A stretch of DNA of 64,000 nucleotides from Tubulanus polymorphus (taxonomy: Eukaryota > Animalia > Nemertea). Location: contig NC_134036.1 of the NCBI RefSeq assembly GCF_964204645.1, positions 10,643,859 through 10,707,858 of the forward strand. The letters are read 5' to 3'. Shown piece by piece: positions 1-11,786 of the stretch (position 1 is the first letter of the stretch; each line of letters starts with the position of its first letter). Below the pieces are notes generated by a model that had not been told where the DNA came from, searched no databases, and saw nothing but the letters and a program-made list of their open reading frames with translations. Both the position numbers and the translations under genes were made by a program.

Positions 1-10
1 AATTATTAAG

Positions 11-106
11 AGTAATAGGGAATTTAGGCTTCATTTTAGAGGGAGAGAGGTTTAGTGAGCTCGACCTCTCGACCTCCTGGTCTGAAAGCCTACTTTTCCT
101 ATTACT
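11..106. mobile_element. Terminus of a related Polinton-family element (short terminal fold-back)
   Basis: AGTAATAGGG...GAGCTCGACC...GAAAGCC...CCTATTACT resembles the ends of the 28413-51442 element. It is preceded by TTAAG, like the inner arm of the main right TIR. Confidence 0.6.
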
Positions 107-351
107 GACCTACATTGAATGAAATATTACCTAATATCGGTAAAGGGAAAGGCAAAATATTTACAACTCTAGATTTACATTCGGGATATTTTCAGATTCC
201 TATGCATTCGGATTCTATAGACAAAACAGCTTTTGTTTGCAACAGCGGGAAGTGGGAATATTTAATGATGCCGCAAGGGTTAGGAGGAGCTCCCGCTACG
301 TTTTGGCGGAATATTACATACGTTTTAAGGGGCCTCCTTCATGACATTTGA
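107..351 (+). pseudogene. Ty3/Gypsy reverse transcriptase fragment
   Basis: FTTLDLHSGYFQIPM...KTAF...MPQGL..APATF motifs; truncated. Confidence 0.85.
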
Positions 352-982
352 AGAAACCAAACAACTGAAGAATCCTTTTTCGATTCATCAATTCCGTAAG
401 TTGGAACCGTAACAATGGTTTCATCGATCGAATACGTTTTTCTGCGCGCGTAGGTTGATTCGTGCGGGCGCTGGGAGTCGTCAGGGAATTTGTTTTTTCG
501 CTGGAATGCATTGATCAAATTGTAAGCGGTGTGAAATGCAATCATCGATCGATCGATCTAACGTACATGTAGCTCTGGGGTGTGGATTTTCACCAGTTTT
601 TGAAAATATGCTGATAAAATGTCCAATGTCTGATGTTCCTAGTTCATTTTCAATTAGAAATGGTGCAGGTGAAGCACTGAACACGTGTGAAGTGTGGACG
701 ATCAGTTTTTGAAAATGCGCTGATAAAATATCCAATGTCTGGTGTTCGTAATTTATTTGTTGTTGTTCATTTTCAGGTAAAACTCTCTCGATCGAAGCAT
801 ACGTGAAGTGTGGACGATCTTTTTCGTTCGAAAGTGCGCTGATGTCTACTGTTCGGTGTTCAGTGGTATGGGGTTCAGAAGTTCCGCGGCCACACATGAA
901 GTGCGGAAGATCCGGTTTGTTTTTGAAAACGTGCCGATTAGAATTGGAGGAATAGCGATATTAAGTAATTGAATGAACGAAC

Positions 983-1217
983 CTCCGGTAGCTGTTGTTA
1001 TCTCAATTTCGTCGCTGTACTTATAGGTGACACCGGATTTATTCTTAACTCCTACTCTCATGATATACCGAGTATAAGGAGTCAACCCGGTGATTGTCGC
1101 TGATGTGATACCAGTCCCGGCATTGAGTTTCGTCCACATCTCTTCGTGTTTATTCTTGTATTCGACCTGATACCAAGCGCTGTCTGCTTTGCACCGTAAT
1201 TCATCAGCCGTCAAACC
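983..1217 (-). CDS. Exon of receptor-like host gene: C-terminal part of FN3 domain 2
   Basis: tatag|GGT acceptor and G|gttcgt donor; WYQVEY...ITGLTPYTRYIMRVGVKN FN3 signature; phase matches the exon at 2171-2277. Confidence 0.8.
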
Positions 1218-1329
1218 CTATAACGCGAAATTCAAATTTAACATACGCACATCTCGAATCATCATCAATCCGCTTCGGAAATAGATATTGCAGGAATGAG
1301 GATAGGATGAACAAGCTTATCAACAAAAA

Positions 1330-1525
1330 TATGAACCCCACAATCACGATATCGAAACTGTCAAAATTATTAAAAACGCGAATATTCGGTTTTACACTAA
1401 AAACCAATTTCAAGGGGAATGAAACCGAAAGAGTGTAAAACCAAAAATTCGGGTTCATAATAAATTTTAACAGTAGTTTCGATATTTTAAAAACCTTTTC
1501 GATCTCGTGATTGTGGGATTTATAT
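1330..1525. repeat. Degenerate fold-back (MITE-like) repeat, related to 10170-10270
   Basis: CCCACAATCACG...TCGGTTTTACACT pairs with AGTGTAAAACC...CGTGATTGTGGG. Confidence 0.5.
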
Positions 1526-2170
1526 CTTACTCGTCTCTCGCGATTCAGTGCGTACATTTACGGCGTTGGGCTTATCAACAAGACAACGACTCGAAATCTA
1601 TCCGTGAATTATCGAATTGAAATAGTCGTCAACTCCATAACAGACGATATCTGAATGAAGACTAACCGTCTGATACCCAATTCGACGAATATCGAAGGCC
1701 CAGTCGAACGAGCTTATCGAATAGCAAATTTTGCTCATTTAACTTCGCGCCATCTTGATGATACAGCGGCGATATTTTTCAGGGCACTTTTTCCACCGGC
1801 AACTAATAAGACAGCAGTCCGCGGCGCAAGATTTAGCTTAAATTCTCGTTATTGTCCCTCGAGTTTCTAGAAATTGTATGTATGAAAATCAAGCGCGTTG
1901 GAAGCTTCTTTGTTGCCGCCCGGCCAATTGCCCATTTTGACACGCCTAATTTACCTCAATTTCGTCAAAAACATGGTATCATAAAAAACGTCATTTACTA
2001 AATTTGCACTTCCAACGCCCCCTGCAAATGCATTGGAATTTCAAGTTTTTCCAGACCCTAGTTTTGGCTGCGTGGGAACTTAACTTGCCCATTTTCAGTA
2101 TAATGCCCTTTTAATTTTTTTGTGCTCTGTCAAAGTCCGCACTTGGATCCGCCCCTAAATCGATACTTAC

Positions 2171-2277
2171 ATGCCACGATATTTCAGCCTTGGCCTTGGT
2201 GTACTGCGACAAAGGTCTACTATCATCCTGAAGCCGAGTGGATTCTAACTTCAAACGGGTCGGTCCTTTCGTAGGCT
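2171..2277 (-). CDS. Exon: N-terminal part of FN3 domain 2
   Basis: aatag|AG acceptor and CAT|gtaagt donor; PTKGPTRLKL...AEISWH. Confidence 0.7.
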
Positions 2278-3232
2278 CTATTTCGATCAAAAGAATTGAC
2301 AATAAATTATTGACAATAATATAGCCGTGCAGCATTTCCGAAGAAATGTGCAACAACTGCCAATAACATTTTAGGTTCCTTCGAGTTTCGGATAGTTTTT
2401 TATTCAGGATAACGGCCATACACCGCCGCCACCAATTCCAGGATGGTCTGACAAACAGACGATAAACGTTTAGTCGAAAATTGGTTCATCATTTTTTATT
2501 CACCTTCGATCTAATTTTGATCGCTGGATTTGCAGAGGCTCACGGCGAACCAAAATATCATAACGCGAGCGCAGTATGATATATAAGCGGATATACTGGG
2601 GGTTATCCATTTACTATCAATGTGTGACGAGTCCCCGCGAACGCGAGCCTCGTATGAAGGATTCGTATTTTCTACTCGGCGATTATAATAGGGAGCTGCA
2701 GCACCGCCTATCCCGCCAGATGGGGTGACGAGCACTCTGTCTCTCCAATAATTAGGTTGTAAATAGTGTATGTTGTTAATAACTTTGTGATATTTTATTA
2801 AGACAAGTTAATATTTAATGTTGATTGTAAATATTGTATACTTTCTATAAGTCTCCCTCCATGTACCATAGAAATGGTTGGAGTGTAAATAAAATCCTAT
2901 TAAAATCCTAAACCATGCGTTGTCAAAATTAGTTCATTTCCAATTGATTTTAAACTGCATTTCTAGGCTCCCGAATCCGTATATCGTCATAGGCCCCACC
3001 GAATATACAATAATCTTTCTACTCAGTGATCGGTACAGTTTTAATTAATTAATGATTGATTTAATCGAGAGAAAAGTCCATTCGGTTTTTTTGATAGAAA
3101 TGTAGAAGAAATCGATCGCGCAAGACCGAGTAACCTACTCTAACAGCGAACCTGGCGGATTCTCGCCTGCCATAAGTAGAATCAGCGATTGCTTAAGTTT
3201 CCGTATTTCCCTTCCGTTATCCCGGAACTTAC

Positions 3233-3574
3233 CTCCACACGTGGTTTTTGCATTCGATACCAATTTCACTAGTAGATCCGATTTTGACACCATGGAATCA
3301 CCCTGATATTTGTGGAGGTACACGGCCACGGTGTAGTTGGTATTCTGCGTCAAACCTGTGAGCTGTATTTGAGTTTGACTAGTGACGCCGACGTGAACCC
3401 AGGGTAAATTGCCATCAGCTTTCTTCCATCCTACAACGTACCAGACATCGTAGTACACCGTGATGTTACCGCGTCCGGAATCGACGACGGAACCGGAATA
3501 AGCCGGCCAGTTTATAGTGATACTGTTTTCGGTGCTGATAGTCGTCGGAGTCGACGGCGAAGTCCATTTGAATT
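3233..3574 (-). CDS. Exon: FN3 domain 1
   Basis: ttccag| acceptor and G|gtaagt donor; SITINW...LTGLTQNTNYTVAVY. Confidence 0.85.
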
Positions 3575-4378
3575 CTGGAATAAGAAGCAAATCGAACACG
3601 CACGGTACCATGATACGTTGATGAAATAACTCTTTTGACGAGGAAACTCTGCAACACTGACATCGCGGGTATAGCAAAGGGCTGCCAAACTTGAAAAACC
3701 GAATTAGGAAAATCAGGAACAATGTTTCCAGCTCTGGTCGAAAGTTTCTGAGAAACGCGTGTTAGCAATTACGCACAAAAGCCAGCGCTACATTATAAAC
3801 CTCTCCGATGGAATTTCTTACAACTTCTGCCATTATTTTCGCAGACGAAACGATTCTCGTGCTTGAGTCATACTACAAACGAGCTGGCGACATCCTCATT
3901 GCTTCTTTCCACCCATGCGTAAATAAATGGGTGCCTGGTAATAATACCGATTTGATGGAAATCGCTGTTGAACATTCTATCACAGTTATAAGGGTGCGAT
4001 AGAAATATCTAGCTATCACTATCACTATAACGCAGTAATCTTGAACTAAATACCGACACGCAATAACTATTACAGTTAGCATTCCTTCTTCGAATGAAGG
4101 TCGAAAATTTGATCCTTACAGATCGGTCATTCCTGGATTTGAGGAGTCTTCAAGGAGTTTTGTATTGGAGAAGATTTCAAATTTCGAGGAAGCGTATAGT
4201 CTACTCTACAATTACAAAATTGACAAACAAGCAAGCGAAAGGAGCTTCCAGCACCTTCAGAAGCAAGGGGAGCTGTAGGGAGCTTGTTAACGAAGAAAAA
4301 ATGGAAAACCTGACACTCTGATAATAGAATTTCGTTTCCAACTAGGCCTCCATAAAAGGAGTGAGTAATAAAACTAAC

Positions 4379-4519
4379 CTTGTTCGCAGCTGTGCCCGAT
4401 GTAATTCGGCAAACATCCAGTTGAGCATGTACCGCTCAGATAGTCGCAGATTGCATTACCGTCGCAGCGACATTCGAGCATACAACCAAACGATGCCGGT
4501 TTGCTGCAATCCGATTTGG
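4379..4519 (-). CDS. Exon: EGF/laminin-EGF-like Cys-rich module (not in ORF track)
   Basis: ttgtag| acceptor and G|gttagt donor; FGCMLECRCDGNAICDYLSGTCSTGCLPNYIGHSCEQ. Confidence 0.85.
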
Positions 4520-5769
4520 CTACAAAATAACAATATCACATGAGGACGAAACGTCAGTTGCTAAAAAAGTTATTCATACTTCACAGTGACAATTCAAGTT
4601 CCAAGTTCAAATGTATTAACGGAGGGCATGTCTACGGATACGTACAGAGATGTATAGAAAACAAATGAATGATGAATTTACAATTTTGTGCAATAAGCGA
4701 AAGTAGCTTGGCCGCCGTCGCGAGTACCGCGGTAAGAATGCGAAAGGAAAAAGAAAGAACAATAAGACAAATAAATGAGAGTTGATGTTATAATTTTCCG
4801 TAAATTTACGGAGAGATTTACGGAGGACAATAGAGGGCGGTCATAGAGCGTAGTGACGGTTATCAACATTATCGTCGGATTTCGGCGAGGTGTCTTCGCG
4901 CCATTATAGTCCATCCTCAGAGAATGAGCTAGGGATCTTTGTCACAGATATTGTCATTAAGTTGCCTAGCTAGTTACATTAGTTTTGGTTTTGGTATATA
5001 TTCTAGGGGTTGCCACTTTAGACTAGCTTTTCCCCTGAATATTCCCGCGACATGCACACGTTGTTTTCCATGACTTGATCTGCTAAGAATCTAATCAATT
5101 AACACAGTCAACTACGTAAGTCACTAGACGGAAACTGTTTGATTCCGAGCACAATCTAGCAATCTCAACAAATCTACCCGATTTTTTTTTAAAACAAAAT
5201 TCCCTGACTATCCCCTGATTTCCTGGTATAAGTGACCACACTGATTCAGTTTTTAAACTATAACCCATAGCCTGGCATTTTGCAAATAAATATTTTCGTT
5301 AATGAGCAAATCCCACAGTTAATGATTCAACCATACAAATTCGGATAATTTCGAGAGTTTTCACTAAACTCCATCATCAGAGTAACCAAAAATGATTTTT
5401 TTTTGCGAAAAAACCATTAAAATATCTACCAGCGTAGATTTTCTTATACATCTTCGTCATCGAGACTTTCTAGAAAAATCTCCATGTAATGAATTCTACT
5501 TTTAAAGTAATTCGGAATAGAAAACTGAATTATTTAGATAAAAGGGAAAATAACTTTAAAATTCATCAATTCAATTATTTTGAAATTTTAAAAACTTCTT
5601 TCAAGTAAATCATCTTTTAGTTTCGATGTATCAAGTTTACGTTTAACAACCAATTTTAAGCAACTGGCCTTTGATACCTATAGATAAGGACCATTCTCGT
5701 GATTCTGGGAATGGGGGTATTTTAACATTCGGAGCGGCCCAATTCATCAAAGATTTAATTAAGGCCTAC

Positions 5770-6009
5770 CTGTATATACGTATCCGTGCACTTTAACTTC
5801 GGCTAAACCGAAATATTCCACTTTTCCAATTCCCTGATGTTGAACTGTAACATATCTACCGATTAGAGGTTTACTACAACGTTTAAAAACATGTCCCCCG
5901 CACAGAGCAGGACCGTGATATCCACATTTCACGTTAGATCTGGGAACACCTGCGTCCGTACTAGCAGTAGTGTTACCTACACGTACTTCAAGATTACGAG
6001 ATCTTCGTT
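5770..6009 (-). CDS. Exon: C-terminal half of F-type lectin (fucolectin/F5-8C-like) domain
   Basis: tttcag| acceptor and G|gtaggc donor; NLEVRVG...CSKPLIGRYVTVQ...LAEVKVHG. Confidence 0.85.
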
Positions 6010-6473
6010 CTGAAATATCATTAATGTAAACGAATGTAGGTAAAAATCCCCCGGGTAAAATTCCCTTCATAGGTATAAAAATCGCCAATTCTTCGAAGTA
6101 GGTATAAACCCTACACCAATTCATCAATGGAGTGCATATATATACAATTTAGGTCGCAAATTGCCTAACTATAGACAACTTAAGCGAGTTCACACTGTAA
6201 AGTTACGTTTGGAAAAAGCCATCGAAATGGCCACAAATTGGCCCACATCGATGCCGAGAAGAAAACATATATTTTCAGTACTTTTATTTAATGATAGGAG
6301 GAATTACTTTTCAATGCTGTCACATGATCCTCACCCATAGATCTGGGTTGTTAGGTTAAAGGTAAGATTAGCTTTCGACTCAAATTTCAACTCAAAAATG
6401 GAATACCCAGATCACGTCGAATGTTCTCATGCGCAAAATCCTAACACGAATACGATAAAAGAAAAAAGCTTAC

Positions 6474-6719
6474 TCCACGAATTATCTGGATTGTTATCAC
6501 AGTTAGTAGCGTCTGATCGATCATACAGGTCGACACCCAGCACGACGTGTTGCGCGCCAAGATCAACTTGAAACCAGGCGTCAGTTTCATTCTTAGTGTG
6601 GCAAAGTTCCTCTTCTTCCCCGTCGCTAATCAACCCATCGACGCATTTGTCAGCACCATAAAGAGCACCATAAGGGAGAACAGAAGACGACGTTGCCTGT
6701 TTGTCGCGAGCTACATTAC
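6474..6719 (-). CDS. Exon: N-terminal half of F-type lectin domain
   Basis: ttctag| acceptor and A|gtaagc donor; GNVARDKQATSSS...CVDG...CHT...WFQVDLG...RSD. Confidence 0.85.
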
Positions 6720-7323
6720 CTAGAAGACAACAATTGAACAACATTTCACATACGTGTGTCGTACATGGCATTAGAATACATATATACAACGAATTCTCTG
6801 TTTCGTCGAAATCCTTTCGATGGCATTATCCGATCATGTTTTTTACACTGTGACTACACAAATTCAATTATTTTCAGCCACTGTTATGCTTTTCGACAAC
6901 ACATATATTTAAAAAACTAACACTGAATGCTGAAATTATTCGGCGATATCTCGCGTATTAACCTTACGCGGAAATACCGTAATCTTCTCACGTAGGATGA
7001 CTAATTGGGATATAGTCAAAACGTCGAATGAAACTTTCCGGACTCTTTCCCCCAACCAGAACCAAACCAGGGATTTTATCGACAGTACATTCAAACATGG
7101 ATACTATAGGCGATATGATGATGAAAAATCCCTGCAATTTGAAAATGTTTTCAAAACTAAGAATTCATTTAATCGATGAATTAAAATGACTCGGCGTTTC
7201 GAACTCCAGCTAGAGAGAACCGCGTCAGGTGTGTGAGTGTTGATGTCCGAATTGGGATGGTTCGAGGCTTCGGACTAGCAACCGGCAGCAAACGTAATTT
7301 ATATCGTTTCGATCTTAACTTAC

Positions 7324-7479
7324 CTATTTGACATCCGGGTCCGTTCCATCCGGCATCACACTCGGCGTCGACTGGACATTTTAGTTCAACCCCAGGTGTC
7401 TGCGTTACTGGTGCCTGACCGGGTTTACAGTGTTTCGCCCACTTGCTGTTGTTACAACTACTACCGTAACAAGTTGTGG
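7324..7479 (-). CDS. Exon: Cys-rich EGF-like module (not in ORF track)
   Basis: ttctag| acceptor and G|gtaagt donor; ends CDAGWNGPGCQI, in phase with the next exon. Confidence 0.8.
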
Positions 7480-8136
7480 CTAGAAAAGAATAGATAAAAC
7501 ATATCGGAGAGACATTTTATCAACAAACCTTGAAAAACTGTTCGTCTTCCAGTCTATAGTTCGGGGTTTTAGTGACTTTTGAATGAACTGCAAAAAGCAG
7601 ACGTTAAATATTTTATCAGCTCACTTTCAAAACTGATCATCCACACTTTACATGTGTTCAGTGCTTCACCCGAGACTTTTTTAATTGAATAAGAACTACA
7701 TTAGACATTTTATCTGCACACTTTAAAACACTGATCATCCGCCCTTCACATGTGTTCAGTGCTACCCCGAGATAATTCGAATTGAAAAGTGAAATACAAG
7801 CACCATACATTAGACATGATCACCACACTTTCTACAATGGAACCTCGTTGATAGAAGTATTGAGGCTAAAAGTGATATTGACAAACGAGCTTCGTATTAT
7901 GATATGAATATGTTAGCTGGGCGACATTCTTGTCATACCACACCACTCCCTGTACAAATGTACGTTGTGTAAAGTATGTATTTCGTATTTTTGTTTTTGA
8001 CTTTAGAATTCCTTGACGATTAGGATGAAGTCAAAACGCTGAATAAAATATTAGCTCATGGGAAGATTTTTGGACTCTTTTTTTTGTATTGTCGGATTAT
8101 ATCGTATATCGTTCGAGTGAAGTTCCTTCTTTGTAG

Positions 8137-8301
8137 GGATTTGAACCTGATGGCATCGCGAGACTCTGCCACGTTCCTCCCTCGCACGGATTTGAACCTG
8201 ATGGCATCGTGAGACTGTCACATTCCTCCCTCGCAGGGATTCAAACCTGATAGCTTCGCGAGACTACCTCGTTACTCCCTCTCTCGGAGATTCGAACCTG
8301 C
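8137..8301. repeat. Tandem ~50-bp repeat (about 3.3 units, four B-box-like motifs)
   Basis: Units start GGATT(T/C)(G/A)AACCTG, the reverse complement of GGTTCGAATCC. Confidence 0.75.
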
Positions 8302-10216
8302 TGGTACCAGGACTCGGTTGTTTCAGAGAAAAAAAAAATACTTTTTTCAGAAATTGAATGAACTGGGGATATTTCCGGTTGAACAAAAGAAGCTTTCAAA
8401 TCGCATTTCAATTCCCGATCTATCTCTATAGCAACGTTTGCGTCATAAATGACACCGGAAATAAATTATCAGCGTAAAAAACAGACGAACAAAAGCAAAT
8501 GTTTCGATCATTTGCCAATTTTCCTTTTGTGTCGGGTTTCCGCCCGCGTTGATCAATAAAATGGGAAGTTTTCTGGATCTGGATGATATATGATGACCGT
8601 CCTATTTTCGAAAATCGTTAATTCTTAAATCTATTTATTCAATTTGTCTGCGATCCATTTTGTTTTTAGATATTTCTCTCAATCTTTTGAACGCACACCT
8701 CAATTTGGTCATAATACCACCAGTGAAACTATACTGTCCGAATAAACCGTCGTTTTCTATATCAATTCCACACTGTACTGAAGGATTTCTAAAACGTCCT
8801 ACTTTTTCGTGTTGAAAAGTGGAAAGATTTTAAGTCATTGTTAGATTGTTAACAATATATTTCCTGCCTACGAATGGACTTTGATGATTTGAAAATAATT
8901 TTGAACGGCAGGCATGGAAAAATATCGTTCAAATCGGTTTAGTTCACCTTGCTATAATGTCTGCATGCACTGGTTAATATGATATAGTTGTTAGGTTAAA
9001 TAAATTGAGAATTCATACAGACTTGAAATCGAAAAGTCGTGTTTCTTGAACATAGTCCGATAGACGAACCGATCGGATCGAAAGATCATCAGGTAGGCAG
9101 GATTTTGTTCAACAATTAATGTATGGAATTCTTTTTGAAATATAGAAATGGAAGTTTCCGAATATGGATATCGGATATCAAAGAGGCAGCTTATGATTGT
9201 CAACACTCCAATGCTGACAAGGAAACAAGCTGTGACGTCATGTGCACGGTGTCTTAAGGTCTTAATGTTTTCAAGTGACATATGGCCATATTGCCGGTAC
9301 CAAATATCATGGAACTATAAGGGAATAGTCGCTGAGATGGAGTGGGCGTCGGCGTTCTGTGTTAATATCATGTAAAATGGCCCGACCAACAGTCGAAAGT
9401 ACAGCTAAACATTGAACTCCTTCCGTGGCCCTGAGCGTGAGAACGCGTGGTAAACCAAAGTTTTTCCTAAAATGGAATGCGCCACGGAAAACTTATACAT
9501 CAATAGATTAATGAATTTTCTTTACCGTCTCTCCGTTGAATTTCCACTCGAATTTCATTCACGATAAATGATTAATACGAACTCACATCCAGTTTTATTT
9601 ACCCACGGCAGGCCGGATTAGCCGCTAGGAATTTTTTCATACTTGGTTAATTTTCGGCATGATTGATCCGACCTGGTTACTTAAAAACACCATTGATAAA
9701 ATACTATGTCCGTGTTGAGACGATTTTATAACGAGAATCCGACAATAAAGACGAGAAAATATAAAAGTTACTTCAGGTATCATATTTAGCCTTATTTTAA
9801 TTTCGTCTGTCTGCTATGACATTTTGGATCAATTCAGAAATCCGCCTTGAAAGCTGGTTTCGTAATGTTGTTTGTGAAGACGCGCGCACGCAATTAAGAA
9901 TGAAAATGTCAGTTCTGAAAAGCACACGAAAGTACACTTGGGCGATGTTGAATTCATAAAAATGGCATGAAAATGAGAAAAACCCGATAAATACCAATCA
10001 CGACGCGCACTTCGAATAATGTATGAAATTGATTTAATTATTCGGTAAAATAAAGATTACACAAATTGAAGAAACCTTTTCATTCTAAATGAATTCAGCG
10101 ATTCAGTAAAAATCATGATAAGCTACTAATAACGTGATAAAACTACGCAATAAATCGCGAGAGACGAATAAAATATGAGTCCCACAATCACAAGTTCGAA
10201 AAAGATTTAAAACATC

Positions 10217-10705
10217 AAAACTATAAGGAATTTATTAAAAACTCGAATTTTCGGTTTTATCCTAAAAACCATTCTCAAGAGTGACTAAAACTATGACATT
10301 TCACAGTATATATACCAGTAAGAACGACGCACACTATTGCACATGAAAACTAGGTAATATTAACCAGAGAGGAAATGTATAGGCACAAAAGTTTATTATG
10401 AGGGGAGAAACCAAGGTTACCATTGACACAGGAATTTGAATGGGAATTTATTAAAGCCGACTCAACTATGTGACGTCGGGTAATACTGTGAGAGGGAAAA
10501 ATTATTCGAGAAATATAGCTGCCAACTGTGTGTACCGTAGTAGGCTATCGATAATTTGTTAATATTACCTAGTTTTCATGTGCAATAGTGTGCGTCGTTC
10601 TTACTGGTATATATATTGTGAAATGTCATAATTTTAGTCACTCTTGAGAATGGTTTTTAGGATAAAACCGAAAATTCGAGTTTTTAATAAATTCCTCATA
10701 GTTTT
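10217..10705. repeat. Long inverted repeat (~148-bp arms, ~190-bp spacer)
   Basis: 10217-10364 is a near-perfect reverse complement of 10558-10705. Confidence 0.85.
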
Positions 10706-11680
10706 ACATAGTTTATCATGATTTTATACAAAGCCTAAACCGATAAAATTCAGTGGCTTGTTATTGTCAGCTTGCTTGTATACCAAGCTTCGCTAACATA
10801 AACGATGATGTTGCCCTTTTAACTGAAATCTTGACGTATCAAATCATAAATAAATAAAACTGCAAAAATTGCTTCAATCGTTTTTACGCATGAGGAATCG
10901 ATCTTGATTTGAAAGGCACTTGTTGACGTGTGGGGAAAAATTGAAAATTTTCACAGAAATCCTTTAAAACGATTCCAGTTATTTTGGACTTAATTTTGCA
11001 ATACAAACGAAAACATACCAGCGGCAGCAAATCATAAGCTCTTTAATGGGTCTTCTTAGGGGATTTTTACCGGGGAATTTCGACCATTACCGTGTAGACG
11101 AGCCGGTAACAAAAACCTTTGGAAACAACAAATTATTCGCTTGTATGAATTTACGCCACTTTTGATAGGATTGCCTAATCAAATATTTCAATCATGAAGA
11201 TGGCGAGTTGACTGAGCCCGAGGCGCAAGTCGATAGTAGTTATATAGAAACAACAAACATAATGCATTTTCCTTAAAAGTGTTTCATCTATAGAGATTTA
11301 ATACAACTTGTCAACAGTTCAATTTCTATAATGCGATGACCTATGTATGGAAATATGTTTTCTGTTTGTTTTACGCGTGATCCAGGGGGATAATACCTTC
11401 GCCCAAACGTTCTACACACACATGATACCATTTAATGAATCCGAAATATATCCAGGCCTAGAGTTCATGCTGAAGGATGAAGACTAAGAATATCTTAGCA
11501 ATATAATTTTTAGAAAGAGATTTTTGTCCACTGAAGTTTAGAATAGCACGCCGGACTCTTTGTTAGGATCGACCACAGTTCTATAGTGAATTGATTACAA
11601 GTAGTTAATTTAGCAAAACAAAGTAAATTGTTCATTACAATGCATTGCTAAGGGTTAGTTGTAAAAAACCCCAGAATGTT

Positions 11681-11786
11681 GGAAAAATGGCCAAGGAAAA
11701 ATGGCCAGGAAAGAATGGCCAAGGAAAAAATGGCCAAGGTAATTTGTCTAGGAAAAAAATGGCCACGGAAAAAAGGCCAAGGAAAA
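11681..11786. repeat. GGAAAAATGGCCA short tandem repeat (likely DNA-transposon subterminal array)
   Basis: About 6 variable copies. Confidence 0.7.

Noticed and set aside
481-897. 138-aa minus-strand ORF
   Set aside because: It overlaps a degenerate tandem repeat also present at ~7610-7830, with no protein motif.
4540-4575. GACGAAACGTCAGTTG as a hammerhead
   Set aside because: Only the 3' half is present; no CUGANGA with a pairing stem I.
8991-9281. Hydrophobic ORF as the signal-peptide exon of the receptor-like gene
   Set aside because: No convincing in-phase splice donor was identified.
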